DNA of 61,461 nt, filler included, from Bonamia ostreae (taxonomy: Eukaryota): NCBI GenBank assembly GCA_040357525.1. It is 18 parts of 18 records of this genome, joined end to end, with 100 filler letters (N's around TTAATTAATTAA, not from the genome) between each part and the next. Parts side by side here need not be neighbours in the genome. Positions count along the whole stretch, not along the records: positions 20,615 to 23,945 come from JBDODL010000538.1; positions 24,046 to 27,372 come from JBDODL010000539.1; positions 27,473 to 30,799 come from JBDODL010000540.1; positions 30,900 to 34,220 come from JBDODL010000541.1; positions 34,321 to 37,638 come from JBDODL010000542.1; 13 more parts are not named here. One strand, given 5' to 3'. Below the pieces are notes generated by a model. The model saw only the letters and a list, made by a program, of their open reading frames with translations, was not told where the DNA came from and ran no database searches. A program made the position numbers and the translations under genes. Shown in pieces: positions 23,290 through 36,309 of this stretch. How positions within the stretch are numbered: the first letter of the stretch is position 1; every line of letters begins with the position of its first letter.

Positions 23290-24049
23290 AATCTGATTGG
23301 AATCGAAACAAAATTAAATTCTTAAAAATATTTTTTTAAAATTTGACTTATCTTTGCTTCAAATTTTGATATAGCACTCAAGTTGTTTCTTGTTATAACA
23401 AAATTATCCAGAAAAGTCAAATTTCCATTGGAATAATATTCCATTTTTTACATTCTAGTCATTTTGTCATTAACAACGTTCCAAAAAAAATTTATATTTG
23501 GACCAGTTTTCTCAATTTTTGGACTATTTTTGTTGTTATTTTTAAATTTTGATTATTTTTGAACCATTTTAGAATTTTTATAGAACAAATAAAAATTTTG
23601 ACATTGTTAATTTTATTGAAGAAATAATGGATATGCAAATTTACTAAAGACTAATTTTTTTCTTTTTTCTTCGTCGGAATCTGTAAAGCTGTAATTAAGT
23701 TTTCTTTTTGTTCATTTTTTACTGAAGAATTGGATGAATTGTCAGAATTTTTTTCTGTTGTTTTATAAAAATTCTTGTTGTCTGTTTTTTCGTTGTGCAG
23801 ATACAATTTTTTTTTCTTGCCGGTTATCTGAAATTTAAATTTTCGTAAACGCAAATTTTCAAATTTTAACAATAAAATTAAAATAAAATCAGTGTTTTGA
23901 CCAAAGTTGTGCAAAAATACATGTTGATTTAAAGTAATCCTTTACNNNNNNNNNNNNNNNNNNNNNNNNNNNNNNNNNNNNNNNNNNNNTTAATTAATTA
24001 ANNNNNNNNNNNNNNNNNNNNNNNNNNNNNNNNNNNNNNNNNNNNCCCG

Positions 24050-24320
24050 ACAACCAATAAAACTTATATAAAAAAAAGCTCTCAAAACCGGCAAACAATT
24101 CAATTTATTTAAGAAGAGATTGCAAAAACGGCAAACACTTAAATTTATTTAAAAAAAAGTGTGCAAAAACGGCGAACAATTAAATTTATTAAAAAAAAAG
24201 TTTGCAAAAACGGCAAACAATAAAATTTATTTTAAAAAAGTTTGCAAAACATCAAACAATAAAATTTATTTAAAAAAAGTTTGCAAAAACGGCAAACAAT
24301 AAAATTTATTTAAAAAAATC
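24050..24320. repeat. ~40-nt degenerate minisatellite (tgcaaaaacggcaaacaataaaatttatttaaaaaaag) in kinase intron, running into contig end
   Basis: About 6 visible copies, immediately after the donor at 24327. Confidence 0.9.
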
Positions 24321-24327
24321 ATAAAAC

Positions 24328-24888
24328 CCATATAAAGCGTTGTACCAGCAAAACCAAACAATTTTTTATTTGGAAACTCGAGAATGTCTGAAATACCAAA
24401 ATCAGCCAATCTGATTTGAAAATCAGAAGTAACCAAAACATTACCTGGCTTCATATCTTTATGAACAACGCCTTTTGAATGAAGGTAAGATACCGATGAT
24501 ATCAACTGACACAACATTGTTTCTTTTTAATTTTAAACGTTTTGAAACTTATCATTTTCTCTCCCAAAACGCCTCTTTTGTTGATGAAATGTCTTTTTTA
24601 TCAAAATAAACCCCAAATCACCGTGTTCACAATAATCCATAACTACACAAACATTTTCACCATCAATAAATGCACACTTTAATTTTATAATAAATTGATG
24701 TCGTATTTGTCTTAAAATAGTGATCTCTTTTTCGATTTGCTTTCTGTGTAATATCTTATTTTGTATTTTTATGCAATAAATTTGGTTGTCTTCAATACAA
24801 AGAGCTTATAAATTTGTTTATTGTTACCAGTGATAATTTTTGTTTTAAAATTTTCTAAGAGCGTTTCGATCCATCGATAATTTTCCAT
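24328..24888 (-). CDS. Ser/Thr protein kinase (NEK/CAMK-like), 3'-partial
   Basis: Spliced (introns 23, 19, 26 nt): MENYRWIETLL..YCIK..EKEITILRQIRHQFIIKL..VMDYCEHGDL..YLHSKGVVHKDMKPGNVL..LADFG..AGTTLYM. Confidence 0.9.
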
Positions 24889-24957
24889 TTTATCTTCGTT
24901 ATTGCAATTTTAAGTTTGTCGAATTTTGTTAAAATTTATTGTTGTCTTGTTAAGTTT

Positions 24958-25284
24958 TTAAAAATCTTCACCATTTTTGTCAAACAATTGTTCAAACGTC
25001 AACGTTTTTAAAGTTTCAAAATCTTCTTCGTACCTTTCTTCATCTCTAATTCGTCTTAATAATTCTTCAGAATTATTTTCCAACGAAATTTTGCACAAAT
25101 CAAAATTTTCTGAACAATTTGAGTTTCTTATCTCTTTAAGCTCAAATTCATTCTCTTGTGGACCATCAAAATCAACGTTTTGATTGGTTTTGCCAAGCCT
25201 TAATGCAGAGATCAAAATGTAAATCATGAGGATTGCTGCGTAAAGCATGAACGCAATGTTTATATCGATGATAACTGAAGACAT
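24958..25284 (-). CDS. Hypothetical single-pass membrane protein, 108 aa
   Basis: Complete ORF, N-terminal hydrophobic helix, acidic tail. Confidence 0.6.
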   Translation of the reverse strand: MSSVIIDINIAFMLYAAILMIYILISALRLGKTNQNVDFDGPQENEFELKEIRNSNCSENFDLCKISLENNSEELLRRIRDEERYEEDFETLKTLTFEQLFDKNGEDF

Positions 25285-25887
25285 TTCGAAATTATCAAAA
25301 TTATAATTTTGTGTTTTTTAGATCATCTGTTACAAAAATTTATTTTTAGAAATAGCGAAAATAATTTGTCTTTACAAAAAATTTTATATTGAAAATTAGT
25401 GTTCTTTATAATTTTTTTTCAATTTATTTTTAAGTTTAAAGCAATTTCTTCGCAGGAGGAAATATAATGATTTGGCTGAAATCAATTTGTGCTGAAATCA
25501 TTATAAACAAATGTTGGGCCAAAAATACAATTTGATAAAATTAGCCCTGAAAATATAAAAAGATTGAAACGAAGTCGAAAATTTGGGGTCGTAATTAAAA
25601 TGCGATTTATAAAGCGAGGAAAGAAATGAATTTTGTTCGAAATAATTATTTTGGACAATAATTTATCAAAATAATTTATAAATAATGATTTTGGGCGACA
25701 GAACAACCGAAAATTTGACAAAATTTCTTTTAATAACTAAAAAGATTTACTCCATTTTGCGATTTTGTATTTTACCCACTAAAAGCAAAATTTAGCAATT
25801 GGACATTTTACCGATTTTGCTGTACAAACAAAGCCATTTATTTGTCTAAATCACAATTTTGTTAAAAAATTCAATTCCTAAATTCTA

Positions 25888-27358
25888 ATGGACGAAGGCA
25901 ATTACAGAATAGACGAATTTAGTCTGAGCGCGTATTATGGTTTAAACGAACAAAAATAGAAAAATTATTTCCATTTGACAAGATTTGCAAATGGCTTAGC
26001 GTCCACAATCCCACAAAGTCCGATAAAACCGATCGGACATTCAACGGACTTGAACAAAGAGAATTTGCTTTAATAAAATCGGACGGGACCTTCATTCGAT
26101 ATCAATCCTTTTCTAATCCGTCCGAACTAAGAATGGAAGTTGCAAAGAAAAACCCCATTCGAATCGAAATCGGACCAATTTACTCACATAAAGTTTAAAG
26201 CTTTAAACACACAAAATATGTGATAATTTTAATCAAAAATCGAAAGCCGAGCGAAAAAGAAAAATATCCAAATTTCTGTGCTACTGCGAAAGAACTAGTT
26301 TTCGACATTGACATTTCCGATTATAACGACATAAGAACCTGTTGCTCCGAAAATCGGATTTGCAGAGATTGTTGGTTGTTAATGGCGTGCTGCATTAGAG
26401 TAATCGATACTGCACTAAGAGGTGCGTTCTTTTCAAGATCCATTTTAATAAAAATATCTTTAGGGACTTTCCATATAACAATTAAAGCTTCTATTTTAAA
26501 GCTAAAAATTGTTTTTAAAGAAGACTTTGGGTTTCAGAAGATCCTCTGGGTGTTTTCGGGCAGAAGAGGGGTGCATTGCTGGGTCTCGGACGAACGCGCG
26601 CGGAACTTGAGCGACAACGCGCGATTCGCTCTGAGCAGATATTTCACCCTCTTCGAAAAAAAGGGCTTGCGCGAATTCGATCAGTTTGCGCAGCCCCATT
26701 ATTCGGTGACGAGAGCTTATCGGATCTGCAGAGACTATTTTGCAAAACTCGCGGATTCTCAAGGATGGCTCTCGCGAACAGAACAAATAGACAAAATTTT
26801 AGGCTTTATTCCTATAGAATTCGATAAACTGAAAAACAGACTTAAAAAATCGTGGACGTGCGATAACAACAAAAGCAGTAAAGACAAATTTTCGGAGCTC
26901 GAAAACTTTGTCAAAAAAGCCGAAAATTTTAGAGGGAAAACGAAGAACGTTTTCTACTGCAATTTAAGCTCAAAAACAAGATTTCGGCTTCGGTCATCGC
27001 AATGGTGCTGAAGTACACATATCCTCGTTTGGACATCGAGGTAACCAGAAAACTCAACCATTTGCTAAAATCGCCTTTTGTAGTGCATCCCGGGACCGGT
27101 TGAGCTTCAAAAATTTAGGGAAAATTTGTTGTCCGATAAAGACGCGAGACGCGGAAGCAGAAACGGAGTACAGCGCCAGCAACGAGTGCTACGAATCGAA
27201 GTGGATCGCAGATCGTTTTGACATTGAAAAGATTCCCGTTTCGTTTTAGCAAAATTTAGTCTTTGAGCAATATAAATCCTTCGGAGAATGGCGAGAAAAG
27301 TGAAAGTCGATTAAAGTTTGAACAGATTGTCGACGAGTTTGGGGATTTTTATAAATGA
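25888..27358 (+). CDS. PRIM1: DNA primase small subunit
   Basis: KLFPF, QREFAL, FIRYQSF, KELVFDIDISDY, WVFSGRRGVHCWV, YPRLDIEV, HLLKSPFVVHPGTGKIC; introns 25940-25959, 26949-26968 and 27099-27118 (20 nt each) plus three others. Confidence 0.97.
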
Positions 27359-27831
27359 GCGAATTTTCATTANNNNNNNNNNNNNNNNNNNNNNNNNNNN
27401 NNNNNNNNNNNNNNNNTTAATTAATTAANNNNNNNNNNNNNNNNNNNNNNNNNNNNNNNNNNNNNNNNNNNNAGACGACATATCTTCGATAAATTTTTAA
27501 GCGGAGAGAGCAAATCCTTATTGACTAAAAAGCCAATTTTCAAGTTGGCGAAATATGGTCAATTTACATCGCACACAAAAATATCTTTTTATTCTAATTT
27601 GGATAATTGAAACGACCTCTTTTATTCTAATTAGAAAAAGACCATCTTTAATTAAAAGCGGTCTCTTCTAAATTGACTCATTGGTCGTTGTCCTCTAAAT
27701 TAAAATTAAAATTGACTAATTGGCACAAAAAATTAATGAAAAAGCACAAATTGACTGATTGGCACTTGAAATTGCTGTCTCTTTTTGTGCTTTATTTGCT
27801 TAAATTTTTCTCAGTCAAAATTTTGAAAAAT

Positions 27832-28311
27832 TTAATCAACAACATCGATCCCGAGAGATCTGGCACTGCCAATCAGCGATTTGCAAATCCCCTTCAAAGG
27901 CGCGATGTCTTTTCCCGGATCACATTGCTTTATCCTCGCGATTTCGTAGATTTGTCTCAAACTGACTCTGCCCACTTTTTCCCGTAAAGGGAATTCTGAG
28001 CCTTTTTCGATATTCGCCGCCTTCATCAGAAACCAACTCGCCGAAGGATAACGGATTTCCATTTCAAAAGTTTTGTTCTTGTAAACGTAAAGGAGCACTG
28101 GCGTCTCGACGCCGTCTTTGAGGTTTTTGGTGAGTTCGTTGTATTTTTTGCAGAATTGCATCATGTTGATGCCGTAGTTCCCCAGCGATTTTCCGAGTTT
28201 TGGTCCGGGCCTTTGAATGGCCGCAGAACAACGCAACCGCAACTTTGTTTTTAAAGTCCGCTCGCCAGCTTTTCTTGCAAACGACATTTTCGGTATTTTG
28301 AAAGTCGCCAT
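27832..28311 (-). CDS. MRPL11: Mitochondrial ribosomal protein uL11m
   Basis: PGPKLGKSLGNYGINMMQFCKKYNELT, VGRVSLRQIYEIARIK, KSLIGSARSLGIDVV. Confidence 0.95.
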   Translation of the reverse strand: MATFKIPKMSFARKAGERTLKTKLRLRCSAAIQRPGPKLGKSLGNYGINMMQFCKKYNELTKNLKDGVETPVLLYVYKNKTFEMEIRYPSASWFLMKAANIEKGSEFPLREKVGRVSLRQIYEIARIKQCDPGKDIAPLKGICKSLIGSARSLGIDVVD

Positions 28312-28549
28312 TTGTCTGCTTTGTCAAATTTGTTATATCTGCTTTCGGTAATGAAATCGAGACAAAAATGATCAAAAGTTTTAATAAAATCCATCTGTGC
28401 AATAAGACAGAAAAATTAAGTGCAGAGATTCAACAACTTTGCAAAACATGGCCGTTTTTTAAATTTGGCAAAAATGGCAGAGAGTTCAAATATTAGAACT
28501 CGGCAATATAATAAGTTTGGCAATTAAAAAATGGTTCATGTTATTTATA

Positions 28550-29802
28550 TCACACATGAATTTCTTTGCATTTGCACCTAACATCCGCGTTCAAATCGAA
28601 CAGAAGCCCCACTTTTGCGCTTTCTTTTTTATCCAAAAGATTCAAGCGCGAGAAGACAGACATGGCCATGTTTTCTGACAAGCGATGCGAAAAAGCAGAC
28701 GAAAGTTTCCCGTCGCTGCCCATCATCGCTCTAACCTCAAAATTATCGTTGCATTTTATCTTTGCGCCAAAACGGGCCTCGGTCTCTTTCAGTTTCTTGT
28801 AATCCGAAGACAAAGAAAATCCCAACAACACTCCCTCACATAATCTATGCGTCATTTCAGCATTCAGCTTAGAAGCTTTTTCCGTACTTTAAATTCATAT
28901 AATAACATTACGGAAACAGAACTAGACGCTTCGGATATAATTTAAATACGAATGCAAAAACGTGTAAATGGAAGCGACCGTTTTTTTGTAACGATACGAT
29001 GCCGCGAAATTTAAATCGTTTACCATTTTAGCGTAAGGCCAATCAGCTTTTAAACTGAGCTTTGTCCCGACTGACATGTTCTTGTAAGTAACGACTAAAG
29101 ACGGATTCGCTGAAATCTACATATTCAAATAAATAGCGTTATAAAAATAAAAAAATTGATCATTAAAATTGATCATTAAAATACTAAATTATTATATTGA
29201 GATCAAGTCCGAAAAAGACTTAAATGGGCGATCTCCAATAATTGTTAACAAACATGCCCACAAATCGATTTCAGGATCTCTAAATTCGTCGAAAAGAGTC
29301 GATGGCAATAACCGAAGTTAAATTTGGTTGAATCGTGAGTGTGCAAGCTGTCGAAAATTTTGGAATAAAAACTTTACGGACATGCAACTATTCGGCACAA
29401 GTTGTGACGTTTGGAGAACCAGATTCATTTTCTGGTCATCCGAGAGAGAAAGTTTCATATTCGTCTTATCGAAAATTTTTACTTTTTGCTCAATCAATCC
29501 TCTCAGTTCATCCTTTTGTTCGATTTTGAAAGAGGTGGAGCAGCGATCAGACCCTTTCAGGTTGATCCGAACAATCGGATTTTGGTCGCTATATCGTTGC
29601 AAGCATTCATCGAAAATTTCTTTATATGTTTACAAAATGTGTTTATTTTTAAAATGAGTTCCATTTATGGGATGGAAGAACCTTTTGTGGCGTTCGTAAT
29701 GCGACTATATCCTGAAGCGCATTTTTGCACAGAACCACAACAATTGCCTTCTATCATTAATGACTTTATTTTACCTTTTTGATTAACGGCGCACGAGCTC
29801 AT
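28550..29802 (-). CDS. VDAC: Mitochondrial porin (VDAC family), multi-exon
   Basis: N-terminal helix YSRITNATKEIF, alternating beta strands, C-terminal FGAKIKC..GKLSSAFSHRL..KVGLLFDLNA beta-signal. Confidence 0.75.
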
Positions 29803-30351
29803 TATGTATATTTAGCTTTAGGGTTGGCTTTTAGTCTTTTAGACTATTTAATAGAGTGTTAATTTTGTTTATAATGAAATTTAGCAAATTTGTTTTTTAA
29901 TTAGTTGAATTTAATGACATCTCAACATTCCTTATAATTATGTCGTGTGTTCTGCAGAGTTTTAACGGCTCTGTAAAATCTCAATTGTACCAATTTTTAA
30001 GGAAATATCAACATTTTTAAGGCTCGTCTTTTTTCTGATTAAAGTGGATGTTAAATTTTAAAGATGGTTTCAAAAACACCTTTGGTCAATTTTAAAATTA
30101 TAACATTTATGAAGCGTTTTGCTCAAATTTATATTAATTATTTTTTTAGTTTTGTAATTTATGATCGGTTTAATCATTTTTTCGGAAAAGTTTTCTCAGA
30201 ACTGAAATTGCATCGATATCATTTTTTAAATTTTGTGTTTTTGGAAGAAACCGGTAATATTTAGATTTTTGTAAATTTATTAATGGCTCATTATTTTAAT
30301 TTGGAAAATAAACAATTTTAATAAAATGTACTTTAATGAGCAAAATTTTTT

Positions 30352-30799
30352 ATTCGGATGAAAAGTTGTTTTGGAGATATAAATCATAAGCTTCACTGTT
30401 AAACAAATTTTCATTAATTCCAATATCGTAATTGTACTTATCTTTCATGTAATCCAGAATATTGTTTTTTGAATTTTCATCTTCAGAGTAAACATTTTTA
30501 AGCGCTGGCAGTTTTTCAACTACAATTTAATTATTTTAAAAAATTGAATTATGAAAAAGAACGATGTAATAAAATTTATTGAAAAATAACCACTGCTTTT
30601 AATGAGTCTACATTCAATTTTTCTACTTACTCTGTTAACAAAAAAATACATTTTTATTTGAGAAGAATTAACTGGAATAATATCATTCATTGTTTTTAAT
30701 TGGAAAGCAGAGTATAATGGGTTACTATAAAAGCATTCCAAATATCTCGTGGTTCTTCTTGCTTCTTCGGGAGTTTTAAATAATATCAAATGCCAACTG
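30352..30799 (-). CDS. Hypothetical protein, C-terminal exons, 5'-partial
   Basis: Open coding-like frames separated by a GT-AG segment; no family recognised. Confidence 0.35.
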
Positions 30800-31019
30800 N
30801 NNNNNNNNNNNNNNNNNNNNNNNNNNNNNNNNNNNNNNNNNNNTTAATTAATTAANNNNNNNNNNNNNNNNNNNNNNNNNNNNNNNNNNNNNNNNNNNNT
30901 TGAAAAAAAAAAAAATAAATACATATAACATCAAAAATAAAAAAATTGCAAATTAAAAACTTAATTTGTAAAATCAAATAAAAACCAACAATTTCAACAA
31001 AAATTTTTTGATTTTCATA

Positions 31020-32965
31020 TCATTGTCCAGATTGTGAGGAAACAAGGCGTCCAATAACATGTTTTTGTTCTTGCAAATTTTTATTAAAAACATAAAGCAA
31101 ATTTGCAATTTTTCGGGTTTTTAAGAGCTCATCATAAAAATAGTTATTTTTAAATTTAAGTTCTCTGTTGTTAATTCCAGTTCGTCTTTTGTTTGACCTA
31201 TATTCTAAAATGTTTATCAACAATCTTTTTTGTTCTCTCTTTAATTTTAAATTTTACAAAATATAAAATTTTCGGCGCTCAAACCTCCAAAATATTACAA
31301 AGACATTTTTCCGCGTTCTTTATCGATTCCGAACGCATTCTCAAATAGGCAAATTTGGAAAGAACAGTTTTAGCGAAAAACTGGAAATCGGTCGAAGCGA
31401 CATTGGCCGCAAAATCTTTCGATTTGGCCAAAGTCCCTTTTAAACAAATTTACAAAATGCCGAACCTTCTTCAACGTTTGCTACCAAATCCCACATATCC
31501 TCTTTTTGCTCAAAAATGGGGTTGTTGCTGCCTACAATATACGATTTCCTACAAAATGTGAGTTATTACAATTTTTTGAGTTGGTCGATATAGAACAAAT
31601 CGACGTACGGAAATGTCAGCGACAAAATGTCAGCGTTTAACGGCATCGCCAACAAACAAGCGGACAGGACTATGCGACATAATTGTGTCGTCGGGCATTT
31701 AAAGCCTTGTCGTTATTAGAAAAATTAGCCGACTAAAACAAGACTTGATGGGCAAAAAAACAACCAATAAATAGAATTCGCTTTTCCAACAGAACAGCGA
31801 TCAAAATAGTGGCCAAAGAAGTCCCGAAACGCTTTTTAAGAACGGAAATGCCTATTTTTTCAGCTTGAAATCTATTCGAGCTTCCAAAATTAATTGGATA
31901 CATTTTGTTTTCCCATTTAAAAAAGAGCTCGCCATTTAGCTCAAATTTATGGAACAAAAATCCGGGAGTTTCGCACAAGAACATGGCGTGGTAGAGTTTT
32001 TTTAAAACCGTTTGTTCGTTTTCATCGTTTTCTATAATGCTCTCCATTGCTATTCGCAGAAGCCCTTTTAAGTTCGCAAACCATAAAAATGGAGTTGCGA
32101 TTGAAAGAGCGTAACGTCTGCTGCCACTGCAAAAATTTTTAAAGCTTTGATTTTAAAGCTTTTATTAATTTTATAATAAAAGGTCGTGATTTAAAATAAT
32201 CGTTAAAATGTCGTAAATTAAAATTGGTTTTGACCGTTCAAATTTTGCCGATTTTTTTTCTTTGACGATACTTACAAAATAAAGTCTAAATGGTTCGATT
32301 TGGTGATCGTCCAAACTTTTATCGGCTAAATCGCTTTTAATTTTATTAACGATCAAATAAAATTTTATCCAATCGTTTTCCACCGAAAACAGAAATTCTG
32401 AAAATTGTCATTATAAAACTCGTTTCGTCTAATCTGACCAACAAGAACTCCTTTTTCAATTCAGTCTTTTCGTCTATTCGACTAAACTTTGAACTTTTAA
32501 AACATTTTTTCATTGTGGTTTTTTCCGCAGATTTTTACAAAATAAAAATCTTCTCTTTCGATTTTAATTGAGCAATCTAAAAATTGCCAAATCAACTTTC
32601 ATTTGGAAATTTAAGTGATTCGACTTTTGCTTCTGTTTCGAAACAATTTATTTCAAAGTCCATTTGCGCTTTGTGTATCTTTGCTATTTCATCGCCGCAT
32701 CCGACCGGGTTCTTAAGTTTTTGCAAATTTGGCAAAACCTCGAATTCCAAAGTGAAATAAGTGCCGTCTTCGTTGCGTTGATGACATCTCGATGGCAACA
32801 TAAATTCGGCAAGAAAACTGAATTTTTTTTAAAACTTTTCGTCTTTGGATTTTAGCTGAAAAGGATATTGGTGGCGAAGAACTGAGCCATGTTCAACATC
32901 AAACTCAGCCAACGATACAAAGTGGATCGCTCTACTAATTATTGAGCAAACCTGGTGAGTTTCAT
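31020..32965 (-). CDS. Afi1/MesA-like (DENN-related Afi1 + SPA domain) protein, probably 3'-partial
   Basis: MKLTRAIHFVSLAEFDVEHGSVLRHQYP..FLAEFMLPSRCHQRNEDGTYFTL and ILIAVLLEKRILFIG; many 18-22-nt introns (e.g. 32818-32835, 18 nt). Confidence 0.75.
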
Positions 32966-33132
32966 AATTAAATTTGTCTGATATAATAACAATAGAAAAT
33001 GGGGAATTCTGCAGGTTTTTATAAACATAAAACCAGTTTTTCCAAAATTTTAACAAAAAGTAACTTAAAGCTTAAAATTGTTTTATGTATTTAAGCTTTA
33101 AAACATTATATCCAAATTTGTTAAACTTTGAA

Positions 33133-34160
33133 ATGAAAGTCAAAACTAACAAAAAAAGTAAATTAAGTTTTTATTTTCGTGACAAAAACTAAAAGTTACG
33201 TTACCTGTCACTATTTCATTTCCGAATTTAATTCTTTTAATATAATTTTAGGCAAATTCGATTACGAAACCGCGTTAAAGAACGATATGTTTATTATCCT
33301 GATTTAAAATACTATTCCCATTGCAATTTAAATCAAACCATTCGATAATTATTATAAGCTTTATTAGATATTCTCTATATAATATTATTCCGAAGATTCG
33401 GATTTTTAAGTTAAAGCCCAAAAAAAATATTAAAAAAAAGAACATTGCAACCAACCAAACATTTCAAATCATTCGAAAGTTTGGGCTACCAGGACGTGAA
33501 AACGTTGTGGGAACTAGTCAAGTTTCTTTGAACCAATTCCGCAAAGCGCCGTCTACAAAAAATTTCCGGAACTACGTTTTCTGGGCCGCAGAAGAATTGA
33601 CGACGACGGCAATCTCAGAGAATTCGTCTGGATCACTTACAAACAAGGAATCCAAACAATCAACTTTCTTTCCTCCGGAATCACCTCTTTAATTAGTGAA
33701 TTGGGGCCCTCTGAAGATTCCGACCTCAAAACAAAATCCAATCACCCGGACAGCGAACAAGAAGACGACCAATACATGAAAAACTTTTTCGCGTACTGCG
33801 AAGACGCGAACGAGAACATCGGGATCTACTCCAAGAACCGCCCGGAATGGATGCTCACCGCCATCGGGGTGCATTCGATCAAGCAAAAAGCTGTCCCGCT
33901 CTACGACACGTTTGGCCAAGAATCGATCTGCTTCATCATTGGCCAGGCGAACTTGCGAGTCGTTTTTTGCAGCGCCGACAAAGTCGAGAAACTGATTCAA
34001 GCGAAGGAATCCGGAGACGCCGCGTCGCTCAAAATAATCGTTCAATTCGACTACGACCCGAAATACAACAACAAAGCGGACATGGTCCAAACGGAAATGG
34101 TGGAAAAGTCTAAAACCGCTGGACTGCGTCTCCTCGGATTTCAGCAATTGCTCCGAATCG
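33133..34160 (+). CDS. ACSL: Long-chain fatty acyl-CoA synthetase, N-terminal part (3'-partial)
   Basis: VKTLWEL..RFLGRR..FVWITYKQ..IGIYSKNRPEWML..VPLYDTFGQESICFIIGQANLRVVFC. Start tentative. Confidence 0.88.
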
Positions 34161-34539
34161 TTTTTATCTTTTTTAATATTTTTATTTTATAATTAATTTT
34201 TGTTTTTTATCTTTAATTATNNNNNNNNNNNNNNNNNNNNNNNNNNNNNNNNNNNNNNNNNNNNTTAATTAATTAANNNNNNNNNNNNNNNNNNNNNNNN
34301 NNNNNNNNNNNNNNNNNNNNGTTTTGTTAACAAGAATGCACTAACTTTTCAATATATCAAAATAAATAATAACCCATGGCTTAGTTTAATTTTTCTATTC
34401 CAGACATTTAAGGTACGATGTTTTATTGGTTAACCTCACTCAAATTTGAGGTACTAATTTGGAAATATCACCACCGAGATCTGAACCCGTGAGCGCACGA
34501 ATTCGAGTTCCTCGCTTCATTTGTCTTTGCAATTCAAAT

Positions 34540-34968
34540 TTAATAATCTTCGTCAAAATTTTTGCGTTTTCGCACTTTGTTTTTCTTGTACTTCTTTTCC
34601 GCCAGCCTCCTCTCGTTCGCACTTTTCGGCGGCTTAGAGCGTATTCTTGGCTTTGGTTCATTACTAGCTTTCGTGAACATTTCCTTGAATTTATTGAAAG
34701 CATCGTCTATGTTCTCCGCTTGAGTTCTGTTTTTCTCCGACGTCACGTAAATTTCTCCCTTGTTGTTTATCCTGTTCTTATACATAACTTTGAGCCTCTC
34801 CAAGCTCTTTTCCCCCAAAAAGTCAATGTCTTCGATGCTTATTCTCATCGAAACTTTGGTATTCACTTTGTTCACATTCTGTCCTCCGCTTCCCGAAGAC
34901 CGCGAGAAAGATACTCTGAACTTGTTCTTGGGCAAATTCATGATTTTCATATAGCGTTTCGTGGCCAT
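34540..34968 (-). CDS. ICT1: Peptidyl-tRNA hydrolase ICT1/ArfB family (mL62)
   Basis: SFSRSSGSGGQNVNKVNTKV, NRINNKGEIYVTSEKNRTQAENIDDA, ANERRLAEKK. Confidence 0.93.
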   Translation of the reverse strand: MATKRYMKIMNLPKNKFRVSFSRSSGSGGQNVNKVNTKVSMRISIEDIDFLGEKSLERLKVMYKNRINNKGEIYVTSEKNRTQAENIDDAFNKFKEMFTKASNEPKPRIRSKPPKSANERRLAEKKYKKNKVRKRKNFDEDY

Positions 34969-35708
34969 TTTCAAAATTTCGAACGCTTTTAGGCGTTGTT
35001 GTAATAAAACGCTAATGGCCAATGCTCTCGAACTTGGTCAGAGTAGACAAATTAAACAAGATTGATTCGAAGTATTGTTGACCCAGATCCAGCTTATAAT
35101 GTTGTTGCTTTGCGGCCAAAATATGTTAACAAAAAGATTAGAGTTCACGAATATAAATCGGATTAATAAAAATAGGGATTGTTTCCTATGTTTGCTCATT
35201 GGTCTTTTCTAAGACTGGTCTTATAGTGACAATTATATTTTTTCTAATTACCCCAGGTCTCTTATAACACCTTTCACCACCACGTCTTTTCTGTCACGCT
35301 CCCGTCTGTTATTTAATGTAAAAATTTTTCTCACATTTTTCATTGTCATTTTACTATCGCCATTGTTCTTAGCGGTTCTTCTGTAACTGCGGTTATTAAA
35401 ATATTTTGTTCTTGTCTTAATGTATTTTGCATTCAGATACTCAATTTTTTAACCGAATGGCGCTGGTATGACTGTCCCAAGAGACAAAAAATTAAAACGG
35501 AGACAAAATTATCTTAACCAGCACGAAACAATGCAACAATAGCAAAAAGCTATGTTGGTACGCGGAAAATAGGTTGCTCAAAAACCACAACATTTAACTG
35601 AATGACTTCATAAAAATACAGTGTTAATACGCGCAATGTCAAATTGACAGCAAACGCTAAAATCTCGAAAATGTTAAAAGTAAATGTTCTGGAAAATAGG
35701 ACAAAATT

Positions 35709-36309
35709 TTATTGAAAGTCAGAGCCCAGCAACAACTCGATTCCGCTGTCGACGCCTTTTCCAGAAGCGGCCACGCAAGGAACTATCTTGAACGGCATCT
35801 GCAAATCGGCCAGCCGCAGAAGCTTCGACAGTTCGGCCGCCTTTATCGCGTTCGCCTTGTCTTGCTTGTTGGCGAGGACGAGCACTAAAAATCACAAAGC
35901 AAACATCTGCTGTTCTCCAGCGAGTCTTCCCGCTGCAGTCCCTGCAACAAAGCGCGAGCTTCGCCCTATTTTTTATAGTAAACAAAGCGGAACGAGTTTT
36001 TCTGGATTCGAGCTATCGACCACGAAGACGATGGCGTAGCACTGTTGAAAGTGGTGCCGCCACATGTGACGGTCGACGGGGTTGCCTGGCATGTCCTTCG
36101 AAATTAGATGGAAACCCAGACGCTGATTTCGGCTTTGTCTGCGTGGACGAACTCTTGGCTGAACTTCAAGTCTATCTCCGGCTCTTTGTGTCTGCCCTTC
36201 GTGAGATAGTTGAAGACGGTGGACTTGCCAGACCCTTCCGCTATATTTTACCAAATAAACGTCCGATCAGGATCACTTTCTTCGCGCTTTTGTGCGGAGC
36301 GTTCCCCAT
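35709..36309 (-). CDS. Divergent Arf-like small GTPase (5 exons)
   Basis: Introns 36241-36260, 36096-36115, one of ~28 nt near 35966-35993, and 35885-35904 give MGNA..LIGPEGSGKST..VWDMPGN..WRHHF..IVFVVDSS..LVLANKQD..CVAASGKGV. Confidence 0.9.

Noticed and set aside
25482-25721. 79-aa minus-strand ORF upstream of primase
   Set aside because: Non-ATG start and no convincing spliced model or motif; it may still be a divergent gene.
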